From Henriciella sp. (GTDB taxonomy: Bacteria; Pseudomonadota; Alphaproteobacteria; Caulobacterales; Hyphomonadaceae): a DNA stretch of 64,000 bases. The translations under genes were made by a program, and so were the position numbers. The stretch lies in NCBI RefSeq assembly GCF_002733705.1, contig NZ_NVWP01000034.1; one strand, given 5' to 3'. Shown here piece by piece: positions 47,810 through 59,406 of this stretch; position 1 is the stretch's first letter; each line of letters opens with the position of its first letter. The notes under the pieces were generated by a model, which was given only the letters and a program-made list of their open reading frames with translations, did no database searches and was not told the DNA's origin.

Positions 47810-47925
47810 GGACTGTATCAGCCCGGCAATCAGGCTTAATAAAAGATTCTTTCCTGACGAGAAAATATGGACGCGCCATAGGACTTGTGCGATCCGGGCG
47901 GACCTTAGGAGTTGAGGGAGACGGG

Positions 47926-50127
47926 ATGACCGGCTGGAGATCAATACTCGCGACGCTGTTGATGGCGGCTGCGTCCGCTCCGGCATTGGCGCAGGTCTCC
48001 GAAAAACCCTCCGGTGCGGCTAGCGAAGAGAAATCCGAAGCACGGGTCACGCTGGACGCTGACAGCGTCTATGTCCTGCAGGACGAGGATCTCGTTGTCG
48101 CCGAAGGCAATGTGCGCGCCGAATATCAGGGCCGCGTGATGACAGCGGAAAGGCTGACCTATAACCGCACTAGCGGAAGCGTTCGCGCCCAGGGGAACGT
48201 CGTCGTGACCGAGCCTGATGGCACACAGCGCTTTGCCGAGGAGTTCGAGACCGACGCCACGCTGGCTAACGGATATGCCGTCGGCTTCGCCCTCCAGACA
48301 CCGCTCGGCGAGACGGCCGCGGCAAATGCGGCCCAGCGCCGTAATGAAACCTATAATGTGTTGGACCAGGTTCTCTTCACCGCCTGCGAACTCTGTGAGG
48401 ACGGCTCCAGTCCCACTTGGGCGATCCGCGCAGGCAAAGCCGTGATCGATGAAGAAGAAGGCATGTTCAGCTATCGCAATGCTGTGCTCGAGATCGCAGG
48501 CGTTCCTGTTGTCTACTTCCCCTATTTCGCTCATCCCGACCCGCAAGCAGACCGCCGTTCCGGTTTCCTTTTCCCGCGCTTTGGCATGTCCTCCAAATAT
48601 GGCGTCTTCCTGCAGCCGCAATATTACTGGTCGATTTCGCCCTATCAGGACGTGGTCATCGCCCCGGCCTTCTATTCAAAGATCGATCCGCGCCTGGCAT
48701 TGGACTACCGCAAACGCTTCTATTCCGGTGACGTGCGCGTCGATATGAGCATGACCAATGAGGCGCGCTTCGACGATGATGGCGACCGCCTCAACAACAA
48801 GGCTTTTCGCGGTCATCTTTTTGCCGACGGCAGGTTCCGGATCAATAACAAATGGCGCTGGGGCTTTGCGGTCGAAGAGGTCACCGACGACCTTTATATC
48901 GAACGCTACGACATTCCCGGTCAAAATGAGCAACGGGGGATATATCGGGGGCAACCCAATGTCCTCCTGTCGCAGCTCTACACCCAAGGACAATCGCACA
49001 ACTGGTATGTGGACGCCTCCGCGCAAACCTTCGACAATCTCGGGGCGAGCGGTGACGCCGAAGACGCGATTGCCGATGTCCTGCCCTACATCAACTCACA
49101 ATACGATCTCGACCTGGGCAGCTACGGCTTTGTCAGCCTGACCGCGTCCAGTGCGTTTCTCCAGCGCGTGCTTGGTGTCGACAGCCGGCGTGTTTCAACC
49201 GGCGCTGAATGGTCGACCCAGCGGGTCATCCCCGGCGGGGTCCTGGTCGAGCCGTTCGCGAATGCCAGGTTTGACTATTACGACCTCGCTGATTTCCCTT
49301 CTCGCGGCGATAATGAGCGAGTGTCGCGCGGTCTTGGTGCCGCCGGCGTCAAGATGTCGATGCCTTTCTACCGCCCCGGCCGCACAGTGGACGTACTGGT
49401 GGAACCGACCGTCATGGGGGCAGTCGCCACCGCCTCTCCGAATGATGAGAACATTCCTGTTGAAGACGGCGCGTTTTACGAACTCAACACCGCCTCGCTC
49501 TTCGATGCGAGTGCGCAAGGCGGTTACGATCTCTATGAGGGCGATCAGAAAATCGCCGCAGGTATTTCAACGGTCGCCCGCTGGAAAAACGGTGTCGAAA
49601 TTTCAAGCCTGGTCGGCCGACGGTGGCGCAGCGAGAATGATGAGACCTTCAGCGAGGCCAGCAATCTTGACGGCACCGTCAGCGACTGGATCGCGACCCT
49701 CGGCCTGAATGTTCCCAACCGATTCAGTTTCAGCACCAAGATCCGCCTTGATGACGAGAATCTTGCTCTGAACGGGATCGACACGTCCTTGAATTTTCAG
49801 TTCGACCGGGCACGCGCCACGGCGATGTACTATATGATCAATGAAGAAGTTTCCCGCTCGGGCATTCGCCAGGAAGGCGTCATGCTGGCTGGAGAGGTCA
49901 GTGTTACGGACAATCTCTTCGTACTCGGTTCGATCCGTCGCGAAATCCAGCTCAACCTGAATATCGCTCAATCACTCGGCGTCGGGTATCAGGATGAATG
50001 TTCCCGCTTCGAGCTTGTCTATGAACGCCAGGGCACGTTGAACCGGGAACTCGGCCCGTCTGAATCCATCGTTTTCCGCTTCTCGCTGAAATCCATCGGA
50101 CAGTTCGGGAGCAGTGAATTCGACTAG
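47926..50127 (+). CDS. lptD: LPS-assembly outer membrane protein LptD
   Basis: Signal peptide; OstA-like N-domain; FTACELC, W.IRA, P..YFPY, RRSGFLFP; YQDECSRF near end; precedes surA-pdxA-rsmA. Confidence 0.93.
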   Translation: MTGWRSILATLLMAAASAPALAQVSEKPSGAASEEKSEARVTLDADSVYVLQDEDLVVAEGNVRAEYQGRVMTAERLTYNRTSGSVRAQGNVVVTEPDGTQRFAEEFETDATLANGYAVGFALQTPLGETAAANAAQRRNETYNVLDQVLFTACELCEDGSSPTWAIRAGKAVIDEEEGMFSYRNAVLEIAGVPVVYFPYFAHPDPQADRRSGFLFPRFGMSSKYGVFLQPQYYWSISPYQDVVIAPAFYSKIDPRLALDYRKRFYSGDVRVDMSMTNEARFDDDGDRLNNKAFRGHLFADGRFRINNKWRWGFAVEEVTDDLYIERYDIPGQNEQRGIYRGQPNVLLSQLYTQGQSHNWYVDASAQTFDNLGASGDAEDAIADVLPYINSQYDLDLGSYGFVSLTASSAFLQRVLGVDSRRVSTGAEWSTQRVIPGGVLVEPFANARFDYYDLADFPSRGDNERVSRGLGAAGVKMSMPFYRPGRTVDVLVEPTVMGAVATASPNDENIPVEDGAFYELNTASLFDASAQGGYDLYEGDQKIAAGISTVARWKNGVEISSLVGRRWRSENDETFSEASNLDGTVSDWIATLGLNVPNRFSFSTKIRLDDENLALNGIDTSLNFQFDRARATAMYYMINEEVSRSGIRQEGVMLAGEVSVTDNLFVLGSIRREIQLNLNIAQSLGVGYQDECSRFELVYERQGTLNRELGPSESIVFRFSLKSIGQFGSSEFD

Positions 50128-50249
50128 GCGTCGCGTGTATCAAACCCTGCTCAACTGAAGGCGCCCCGTTGCGCGCATCATGGTGAAGGTTATGGTTCCG
50201 CGCTAGCAAGTAAGAGGCGAAGGCTGGATCGCCATCTTGGAGGTTTGCG

Positions 50250-51494
50250 ATGATGAAAGTTCTATTGGCATCCGCAATGGTCGCGATATCTGCCGGACCG
50301 GCGGTCCTGCATGCAGAGGCGCAGGAAAACACGCAGACGATCGAAGGTATCGTCGCGATCGTTAACGATCAGCCGATTTCCTATAGTGACGTGCGCGAAC
50401 GTGCGAGCCTTTTGCTCCTCACGCTTGGCGCCCAGAACCCGTCGCAGCAGCAGATCCAGCAGGTCACCTCTCAGGCGCTCGATGAGCTGATCGACGAAAA
50501 GCTTCAGCTTCAGGAAGCGCAGGAATACGAAGTTGAGGTCTCCGAAACCGACATCAACAATGCCATTGCTGACATGGCGAACCAGTCGGGCATGGACCGC
50601 GAAGGTCTGGTCAATGTACTGCTTTCCTCAGGCGTCAATCCGTCGAGCCTGGAGGCGCAGATGCGCGCCGAGATCGCCTGGCGGCGAATCATGGGCGGGC
50701 TTTACGGCTCACGTATCCGCATTTCGCCCAACCAGATCGATGAGGCACTCGAGCAGCGCCGCGCAGCCCTGACAAAAGTGCAGTACAATCTCGATGAGCT
50801 TTTCCTTTATGCTCCGAGCGAGGAAGAAAAGAGTCAGGCCCTTCAGGGCGCGCAAACCATTATGGAGCAGCTGGACGCCGGCGCGCCGTTCTCTCTCGCT
50901 GCCCAGCGGCTCTCGTCTGCGCCAACAGCCGCCTCAGGCGGCGACATGGGCTGGGTGTCGCTTGATGATATCGATCCCGAAGTTGCGGAGACCGTGCGTA
51001 ACATGTCCAGCCCGGGCGTGTCGGACCCCATCGTCGTGAATGACGGGATCTATCTCATAAACTACAAGGCCAAGCGCGACCCGGATGATCTGGAAACCCG
51101 CGTTGACCTGGTACGGCTTGCTGTTCTCGACGGGTCCGAGGATGCGCTGCGCGAAGCGGCCAGCGAGGCCAATAGCTGTGAAGCAGCCATTGAGGTGGCA
51201 GCAGATAACGACAATCTGGATGCTACTGAGATTGAGGATATCCGCATGGAAGACCTCGGTCAGGAAGGCCAGAACATGATCAACGAGGTCGAGATCGGTC
51301 AGCCCACCCAGGTCTTCGCGCTCTCTGGCCGTCTGGCCGTCATGTATGTCTGTGACCGCCGCCAGTCCGGCGCGGCCCTGCCGACGCGCGAGGAAATGGA
51401 AGACCGCCTCTTCGCACGCGAACTTTCGATGATTTCCGACCGCTCACTGCGCAATCTGCGTCGCGAGGCAACGATCATCCAGCGCGGCAGCTAG
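50250..51494 (+). CDS. surA: SurA-type peptidyl-prolyl isomerase / chaperone
   Basis: IVAIVNDQPIS, LDELIDEKLQLQEA, S.APTAASGGDMGW, LRNLRREA.I. Confidence 0.9.
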   Translation: MMKVLLASAMVAISAGPAVLHAEAQENTQTIEGIVAIVNDQPISYSDVRERASLLLLTLGAQNPSQQQIQQVTSQALDELIDEKLQLQEAQEYEVEVSETDINNAIADMANQSGMDREGLVNVLLSSGVNPSSLEAQMRAEIAWRRIMGGLYGSRIRISPNQIDEALEQRRAALTKVQYNLDELFLYAPSEEEKSQALQGAQTIMEQLDAGAPFSLAAQRLSSAPTAASGGDMGWVSLDDIDPEVAETVRNMSSPGVSDPIVVNDGIYLINYKAKRDPDDLETRVDLVRLAVLDGSEDALREAASEANSCEAAIEVAADNDNLDATEIEDIRMEDLGQEGQNMINEVEIGQPTQVFALSGRLAVMYVCDRRQSGAALPTREEMEDRLFARELSMISDRSLRNLRREATIIQRGS

Positions 51495-51529
51495 GCAGAG
51501 GTCCCGGGGCACATCAGGGCAGCAAGACG

Positions 51530-52540
51530 ATGAGCCATTCAGGGCAACTGCCACTCGCTGTTACCATGGGCGACCCGGCCGGCTGCGGCCCGCAGATCAC
51601 CCTGCGCGCCTGGCAGGCCCTCGCGAAAGAGGACGCGGCGCCCCCTTTCTATGTCATCGCCGATCCGGCCCTTTTTGGAGACGCCGCTGAGATCATTGCC
51701 TCCCCCGGTGATGCAGCCAGCCTCTTTGCCCGCAAGCTCCCGGTGGTGCCGCTCAGCTCTCCCTTGCCAGCTTTTGAAACCGGAGTCCCCAATCCGGAAC
51801 TGGCACCAGCCATCCTTGAAAGCATCGACAAGGCCATGGCCGACAGTTTCGCGGAGAAGGCTGGCGGCGTTGTGACGAACCCGATCTCCAAGGCGGTGCT
51901 CTATTCTGCCGGTTTCAAACACCCCGGGCACACCGAATACCTTGCCGACCTCTCGAAGAAGGAAACCGGCAGGACCACGCCGCCCGTCATGATGCTCGTC
52001 GGCGGTGGACTGCGGGTGTCGCTAGCCACCATCCATGTGCCGCTGATGCGGGTTCTCGACCATCTCACACCGTCCGCGCTTGAACATGTCATCCGCGTCA
52101 CTGCCGCCGCCATGGAGCGCGACTTCGGTCTCAGCACGCCGCGCATCGGCCTCACAGGCCTCAACCCGCATGCCGGGGAAAGCGGCACGATCGGACTTGA
52201 AGAGCGTGACATCATCAACCCCGTGGCCGGCCGGTTGCGCGCTGAAGGCATCAACGTTTCCGACGCCCGGCCTGGCGATACGATTTTTGCCGAAGCGCTG
52301 GACGGGCGGTTCGACGCCGTCATTGCGATGACACACGATCAGGGGCTCATCCCGGTCAAGACGCTCGATATATGGGGCGGCGTAAACACCACGCTCGGCC
52401 TGCCTGTCATCCGCACCAGTCCCGACCATGGCACCGCCTATGACGCGGCCGCCGAAAACAAGGCGCGTCCCGACAGTCTCATCGCGGCCATTCGCCTTGC
52501 CAGCAAAATGGCCGCCGAGCGGGCGCTTCATGACGGATGA
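51530..52540 (+). CDS. pdxA: 4-hydroxythreonine-4-phosphate dehydrogenase
   Basis: TMGDPAGCGP, PGHTEYL, GLNPHAGE, AMTHDQGLIPVK, IRTSPDHGTA. Confidence 0.96.
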   Translation: MSHSGQLPLAVTMGDPAGCGPQITLRAWQALAKEDAAPPFYVIADPALFGDAAEIIASPGDAASLFARKLPVVPLSSPLPAFETGVPNPELAPAILESIDKAMADSFAEKAGGVVTNPISKAVLYSAGFKHPGHTEYLADLSKKETGRTTPPVMMLVGGGLRVSLATIHVPLMRVLDHLTPSALEHVIRVTAAAMERDFGLSTPRIGLTGLNPHAGESGTIGLEERDIINPVAGRLRAEGINVSDARPGDTIFAEALDGRFDAVIAMTHDQGLIPVKTLDIWGGVNTTLGLPVIRTSPDHGTAYDAAAENKARPDSLIAAIRLASKMAAERALHDG

Positions 52541-53369
52541 GACCCCCGAATTCTCGCAGGCCCGCGCCCGTAAAGCGCTTGGCCAGCATTTCCTGTTCGA
52601 CCCGGACATATTGCGGCGCACAGCGTTAGCAGCTGGCCCCGTGGATGGGCGCACCGTCATAGAGGTCGGGCCGGGGCCCGGTGGCCTGACCCACGCGCTC
52701 CTGAAGGAAGGGGCGGCGAAAGTGATTGCGGTCGAGGCCGACACCCGCTTTGCCGAAGCCCTGAATGAATGGCCGGATGCCTTGTCCGGCCGGCTCAAAG
52801 TCTATCAGCGCGATGCCCGAAAGGTGAACTGGCCTGAACTGATCGACGATGCGGGCGGCAGCCAGCCAGCCATGATCGTCGCCAATCTCCCCTACAATGT
52901 CGGCACGCCGCTTCTTATCGACTGGCTGAAGGCTGGTGACTGGCGCGGGGAGATGGCGCTGATGTTCCAGAAAGAGGTCGCAGAACGTATCGTCGCTGGG
53001 CCGAACACACCCCATTACGGGCGCCTCGCCGTTCTCACGCACGCCGTCTGCGACGCCCATATCGCCTTCACGCTGCCGCCCGGGGCTTTCAGGCCGCCGC
53101 CAAAGGTGGACAGCGCAGTCGCCGTCCTGACGCCGCTCCAGCCGGAGAAACGCTTTGGCGACCTCGACACGCTGGAAAAGGTCTCCACGGCGGCCTTCGG
53201 TCAGCGCCGCAAGATGCTCCGCGCCAGCCTCAAAGCCCTCGCAAAGACCCGTGGGATTGACCCAATCGACTGGATCGAAAGCTGCGGTATCGATCCGACG
53301 GCGCGCGCCGAAACCCTGACGCAGGATGAATTCCGGGCGCTCGCCAGTCATCTGGCCAAGCAGAGCTAG
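52530..53369 (+). CDS. rsmA: 16S rRNA adenine dimethyltransferase
   Basis: KALGQHFL, EVGPGPGGLT, VANLPYNV, MFQKEVA.RI, F.PPPKVDSAV. Confidence 0.96.
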   Translation: MTDETPEFSQARARKALGQHFLFDPDILRRTALAAGPVDGRTVIEVGPGPGGLTHALLKEGAAKVIAVEADTRFAEALNEWPDALSGRLKVYQRDARKVNWPELIDDAGGSQPAMIVANLPYNVGTPLLIDWLKAGDWRGEMALMFQKEVAERIVAGPNTPHYGRLAVLTHAVCDAHIAFTLPPGAFRPPPKVDSAVAVLTPLQPEKRFGDLDTLEKVSTAAFGQRRKMLRASLKALAKTRGIDPIDWIESCGIDPTARAETLTQDEFRALASHLAKQS

Positions 53370-53387
53370 CCTTCGAGCCTGACCGGC

Positions 53388-54041
53388 TTACGCCTCGCCC
53401 ATCAGCTCGCGTACATGGTCTTCAAGGCTGAGCTGGCGCAAGCGCTTCAGGCGCTCGACCAGCAGAATTCGCTTCAGCCGTTGATAGGCCACATCGAGGT
53501 CGTCATTCACGATAGCATAGTCGTAGCGCCGCCAGTGGCGCATCTCCGCCTTGGCGTCGCGCATCCGGCGCTCGACGATCTCGTCATCGGAGCCCTCACG
53601 TGCCGCCAGGCGCGACTTCAGCGCCTCGATGCTCGGCGGCAGGATGAAGACCGACACGACATCGCGCGGCATCTGATCATGCAGCGCATCGGCGCCCTGC
53701 CAGTCCACATCGAACAGGACGTCATGCCCGGTTTCCAGCAGGCGCTCCGTGTCGGCGCGCGGTGTGCCATAGAGGTTATCGAAGACCAGCGCCCATTCGA
53801 GAAATTCGCGCTTGCCGATCATGTCGCGGAACTCTTCGCGCGACTTGAAATGATAATCGACGCCGTCGGTTTCCCCAGGACGCGGGGGCCGCGTGGTGGC
53901 CGAAACCGACAGCTTGATGTCGGAAAACTCTTCCATCAGTTTGCGGCAGAGCGTTGTCTTGCCCGCCCCCGATGGTGAGGAGATGACAAGCATCAGTCCC
54001 CGGCGTTCGCCTGCGTCTTTCGGATGGCCGCTATTCGACAT
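53388..54041 (-). CDS. gmk: guanylate kinase
   Basis: ISSPSGAGKTT, SATTRPPRPGE.DG.DYHF, YGT, DVDWQG, YDYAIVND. Confidence 0.97.
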   Translation of the reverse strand: MSNSGHPKDAGERRGLMLVISSPSGAGKTTLCRKLMEEFSDIKLSVSATTRPPRPGETDGVDYHFKSREEFRDMIGKREFLEWALVFDNLYGTPRADTERLLETGHDVLFDVDWQGADALHDQMPRDVVSVFILPPSIEALKSRLAAREGSDDEIVERRMRDAKAEMRHWRRYDYAIVNDDLDVAYQRLKRILLVERLKRLRQLSLEDHVRELMGEA

Positions 54042-54918
54042 TGGCTGCCTGCTCCTTGAACTGATCCACCAGCCCTTTGAGGGCGAGTCCTGCATTCGTC
54101 AAATCAAGGCTGGCTGATTTCGAACACAGCGTATTGGCTTCGCGGTTGAATTCCTGCGCCAGAAAATCGAGCTTGCGGCCGATGGGGCCGCCCTCGCTCA
54201 TCAGAGTGCGCGCGCTGGCAATATGGGCGCGAAGACGGTCGATCTCTTCGCGCACATCCGCTTTTGCCACTGACAGAGCGATCTCGGCGGCCAGACGCTC
54301 GCTGTCGACCTTGTCGCTGGCATCCAGCTCTGCCAGCTGCTTTTCGAGCCGGGCCTTGAGAAGCTGGGGCTGCTCTGCCGCAACGCTCTCAGCCTTCGCG
54401 ACCAGGGCGTCCATCTCATCCAGATAGCCGGTCATCATGGTTTCCAGCGCCGCACCTTCGGCGAGGCGGGCAGCTTCAAGATCGGACAGGCATTCCTCAC
54501 CCGCCGCGCCCAGCATCTCGACGGTCTCTTCGCTGGCGAGGGTGCGCGTGGACTGGTTGCCGGTCTCCACGACGCCCTTGATACTCATCAGTGTCGCAAT
54601 CGCGCCAAGGTCGGCCGCATGGCCGGAGGCCGCCTCGAAAGCTCTCAGAAGCTGTTGCAGGGCCGCGTGATTGACACTCAGCGTCTCTGCCGTGCCTGTG
54701 AACTCGATCCTCAGGCCAACCTGCATATTGCCGCGCGCAAACCGCTTCGACGCGGCCTGCTTGATGAGGCGGTCCAGCACTTCAAATCCGCCGGGGACGT
54801 TCACCCGCACATCGAGTGAGCGGCCGTTGACGCTCTTTGCCTCTATGGCCCAGCTACCCCACGCCGCCTCACCGGCAACGCGGGCAAACCCTGTCATGGA
54901 TGAAACCTTGCCGCTCAA
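54031..54918 (-). CDS. yicC: YicC/YloC family endoribonuclease
   Basis: SMTGFAR, KSVNGRSLD, DVREEIDRL..H, GRKLDFL.QEFNREANTLCSKS. Confidence 0.94.
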   Translation of the reverse strand: MSGKVSSMTGFARVAGEAAWGSWAIEAKSVNGRSLDVRVNVPGGFEVLDRLIKQAASKRFARGNMQVGLRIEFTGTAETLSVNHAALQQLLRAFEAASGHAADLGAIATLMSIKGVVETGNQSTRTLASEETVEMLGAAGEECLSDLEAARLAEGAALETMMTGYLDEMDALVAKAESVAAEQPQLLKARLEKQLAELDASDKVDSERLAAEIALSVAKADVREEIDRLRAHIASARTLMSEGGPIGRKLDFLAQEFNREANTLCSKSASLDLTNAGLALKGLVDQFKEQAANVE

Positions 54919-55952
54919 TCTTCACTCCGTTCGCGCGCAATCTCCCGGCGCTCATATTCACGATAGGCCGCGACATTGCGGTTATGTTCTGCCAACGTCT
55001 CTGCAAAGGCATGCCCGCCAGACCCGTCGGCCACGAAGAAGATAAAGTCGGTCTCCGGCGGGTTGAGCACGGCCGCAATGGAGGCCCTGCCCGGATTGCA
55101 GATCGGCGTCTTTGGCAGTCCGTCGATCTCATACGTGTTCCAGTCTGTCACCCTGTCGAGCTCTGACCGGTAAAGCGTGCGCCGTACCTTTTTACCGTTC
55201 AGCGTACGATAGAGCGGCTCGCCCCGCGAGACGCCGTAGATGACGGTCGGATCGCTTTCCAGGCGCATGCCCCGGCGAAGGCGGTTGGTGAACAGGCCGG
55301 CGACCAGCTGGCGCTCCTCTGCATGACCTGTCTCCTTCTCGACCACAGAGGCCAGAATGATCGCTTCTTCCGACGTGGATACGGGAATATCGTCGGCGCG
55401 CTGCGGCCAGAGCTCTTCCAGAAGGTCGTCCTGCGCCTTTTCCATCCGCTCGATAATGGCCGTGCGCGACTTCTCGGCTGAGAAAATGTAGGTGTCGGGC
55501 AGCAGAGTCCCCTCCCCGATCTCACGGTCCGGCATGTCGCCTTCCAGATCCTCATGGTTTTCGACAAGGCGCAGGATCTGCGCGGTCGTCAGCCCCTCGG
55601 GTACGGTAATCCGGTAGGTAAGGACATCACCAGAGACAAGACGCTCCAGAATGGAGGCGACGCTAGCGCGAGGCGGAATAGCGTATTCGCCAACCTTCAG
55701 GCCCGCCTCCATATCGGAAATGCGTGCATGCAGCTTCATCGTCGTGGCGCTGGAGATGATCCCCTGCTCTTCCAGTCTCTGCGCCACCGCACTGACGGAA
55801 TCCCCCTGGCGCACCTCAAAGACCGTGCTTTCGACAAGCGGCCCCGGCTCGGCGATCTCGTTCTGAAGCCAGAACCAGCTAGCGACAACGGCGATGCCGG
55901 CCAGACCGGCAAGGACAAAGGCCAGCGCCACGAGCGCCTTAATGAACCGCAT
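54915..55952 (-). CDS. mltG: endolytic transglycosylase MltG
   Basis: ITVPEGLT, EGTLLPDTY, ILASVVEKET, NRLRRGMRLESDPTV.YG, YEIDGLP.TPICNPG. Confidence 0.95.
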   Translation of the reverse strand: MRFIKALVALAFVLAGLAGIAVVASWFWLQNEIAEPGPLVESTVFEVRQGDSVSAVAQRLEEQGIISSATTMKLHARISDMEAGLKVGEYAIPPRASVASILERLVSGDVLTYRITVPEGLTTAQILRLVENHEDLEGDMPDREIGEGTLLPDTYIFSAEKSRTAIIERMEKAQDDLLEELWPQRADDIPVSTSEEAIILASVVEKETGHAEERQLVAGLFTNRLRRGMRLESDPTVIYGVSRGEPLYRTLNGKKVRRTLYRSELDRVTDWNTYEIDGLPKTPICNPGRASIAAVLNPPETDFIFFVADGSGGHAFAETLAEHNRNVAAYREYERREIARERSED

Positions 55953-56012
55953 ATCGAAGCCCCCGCTGATTCAAGCTCATCCTGTTTTGCCTGAGCTTTG
56001 TCGCTTAGGGAA

Positions 56013-57296
<1,284 letters not shown>

Positions 57297-57308
57297 CAGC
57301 TAACCCTC

Positions 57309-57545
57309 TTAAGAGACGTGAGCCTTGATGTGGGTGACAGCGTCACCAACGGTGCGGATATTTTCCTGAACATCGTCAGGAATCTCGATGTTGAATTCTT
57401 CTTCGAAAGCCATGACCAGCTCGACCAGGTCGAGGGAGTCAGCACCGAGATCGTCGATAAAGCTCGCCGATTCAGTCACTTTGTCTGCTTCAACGTCGAG
57501 ATTCTCGACAACGATCTTTTTAACACGCTCGAAAACGTCAGACAT
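57309..57545 (-). CDS. acpP: acyl carrier protein
   Basis: [23 protein letters not shown]. Confidence 0.98.
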   Translation of the reverse strand: MSDVFERVKKIVVENLDVEADKVTESASFIDDLGADSLDLVELVMAFEEEFNIEIPDDVQENIRTVGDAVTHIKAHVS

Positions 57546-57652
57546 GGAAACCTCTCTCATAATGTCTGATGGGAAGACTATTTGTCTTGGGTTGCCCGTT
57601 AGCACACTGATAAAGATATCGCCAAGGGCTGCAACTGTTGGGTGACCCTCGG

Positions 57653-58393
57653 TCAGATCATGGCCATGCCGCCATTCACGTGCAGCGTCTGGCCTGTGAC
57701 ATAGGCCGCCTCGGCCGATGCTAGGTAGACCGCCGCTGCTGCAATATCGCTGCCCTGACCCAGTTTACCCGCCGGAATCTGGCCCAGAAGCGCTTCTTTC
57801 TGAGCGTCTGGCAGGACATCCGTCATTGGCGATTCGATGAAGCCAGGTGCGATGCAGTTGGCGGTAATGCCGCGGCTGGCGACTTCCTGGGCGAGTGATT
57901 TGGTAAAGCCGATCATGCCAGCCTTGGAGGCACAATAATTGGCCTGCCCAGGATTGCCGGTAACGCCGACAATGGAGGTGATGCCGATAATACGGCCATG
58001 ACGGCGCTTCATCATACCGCGCACGACCGATTTGGTCAGCCTGTAATAGGAGCCGAGATTGACGTTCATCACATCGTCGAAATCTTCCGGCTTCATCTGC
58101 ATGAGAAGCTTGTCGCGCGTGATACCGGCATTGGCGACCAGAATGTCGAGCCCGCTGCCCAGCGCCTCTTCGGCGCGGCTGACAAGGCTGTCGACCGATT
58201 CGGCATCGGAAAGGTTCGCCGTTACCACGGCGCCTTCGCCTTTCAGCCCTGCCTTCACCTCTTCCAGCACACCTTCGCGCGTGCCCGACAGGGCAACTTT
58301 TGCGCCCGCTTCGGACAGGGCGGCGGCAATGGCGCTTCCGATGCCACCCGAGGCACCCGTGACGAGGGCGGTGCGTCCGCTCAGATCAAACAT
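57653..58393 (-). CDS. fabG: 3-oxoacyl-ACP reductase
   Basis: [39 protein letters not shown]. Confidence 0.97.
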   Translation of the reverse strand: MFDLSGRTALVTGASGGIGSAIAAALSEAGAKVALSGTREGVLEEVKAGLKGEGAVVTANLSDAESVDSLVSRAEEALGSGLDILVANAGITRDKLLMQMKPEDFDDVMNVNLGSYYRLTKSVVRGMMKRRHGRIIGITSIVGVTGNPGQANYCASKAGMIGFTKSLAQEVASRGITANCIAPGFIESPMTDVLPDAQKEALLGQIPAGKLGQGSDIAAAAVYLASAEAAYVTGQTLHVNGGMAMI

Positions 58394-58461
58394 GCGGCTG
58401 TCATCCTTCCTGTGTTGCGGCTTCTGCCGTCTCGTGTCGCTTCCTGAGAGACCTTGTCGCC

Positions 58462-59406
58462 CTAGCGGAGGCGGCTGGCAACCGATTCTATGTCTTCGGG
58501 TGTCCCAAGCGTCAGTCCCTCGATCTCTTTTGCCGTGCGCCGGTTCATGACACTCAGCACCTTGCCTGCACCGGCCTCGACTGTCAGCTCGATGCCCTGG
58601 GCGGCCATATATTCAACGCTTTCGCGCCAGCGAACCTGCCCGCAGACCTGTTCGATGAGATACTGGCGGATCTCCACCGGGTCTGTGGTCGGCGTGGCCG
58701 TGACATTTGCGATAAGTGGTACGCTCGGCGCCTTGATCTCGATCTCCGAGAGCGCCTTCATCATCTCATCGGCAGCTGGCTGCATCATGGAGCAATGGAA
58801 GGGGGCGCTGACGGGCAGCATCATCGCCTTCTTGATCCCCACCTCGCCGGTCTTTGACGCGGCAAGCTCAATCGCTGCCTTCGACCCCGAAATCACGATC
58901 TGTCCCGGCGCATTGTCATTGGCGATCTCACAAACCCCGCCCTCAGCGCGGCCGAGCTCACAGAGCGCGACGGCCTGCTCCGGCGTTGCGCCCAGCAGGG
59001 CCGCCATCGCGCCCTCTCCGGGCGGCACGGCAGCCTGCATGGCATTGCCGCGTATGCGTAGGATACGTGCCGCGTCGGCCAGTTCGATCGCCCCACTGGC
59101 TGCAAGCGCGGAATACTCACCCAGCGAATGACCCGCGACGAAGGCTGCTTTTTCCGGGCCAACGCCTTCGGCCTGCAGCGCGCGCATCGCGGCGACACTG
59201 ACGGCCATCAGGGCCGGCTGCGTATTCGCCGTCAGCTTCAGCTCTTCCTCGCTGCCTTCCCAGATCAGCATGGAAAGGTCCTGATGAAGCGCGGCGTCAA
59301 CAGCCTCGAAGACCTCCTGCGCCTGCGGATAGGCTTCGGCCAGGTCCTTGCCCATGCCGATGAACTGGCTGCCCTGTCCGGGAAAAATGAACGCGAACTT
59401 GGTCAT
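58462..59406 (-). CDS. fabD: malonyl CoA-ACP transacylase
   Basis: FPGQGSQ, GHSLGEYSAL, ANDNAPGQIVISG, VSAPFHC, QV...VRWRES. Confidence 0.97.
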   Translation of the reverse strand: MTKFAFIFPGQGSQFIGMGKDLAEAYPQAQEVFEAVDAALHQDLSMLIWEGSEEELKLTANTQPALMAVSVAAMRALQAEGVGPEKAAFVAGHSLGEYSALAASGAIELADAARILRIRGNAMQAAVPPGEGAMAALLGATPEQAVALCELGRAEGGVCEIANDNAPGQIVISGSKAAIELAASKTGEVGIKKAMMLPVSAPFHCSMMQPAADEMMKALSEIEIKAPSVPLIANVTATPTTDPVEIRQYLIEQVCGQVRWRESVEYMAAQGIELTVEAGAGKVLSVMNRRTAKEIEGLTLGTPEDIESVASRLR

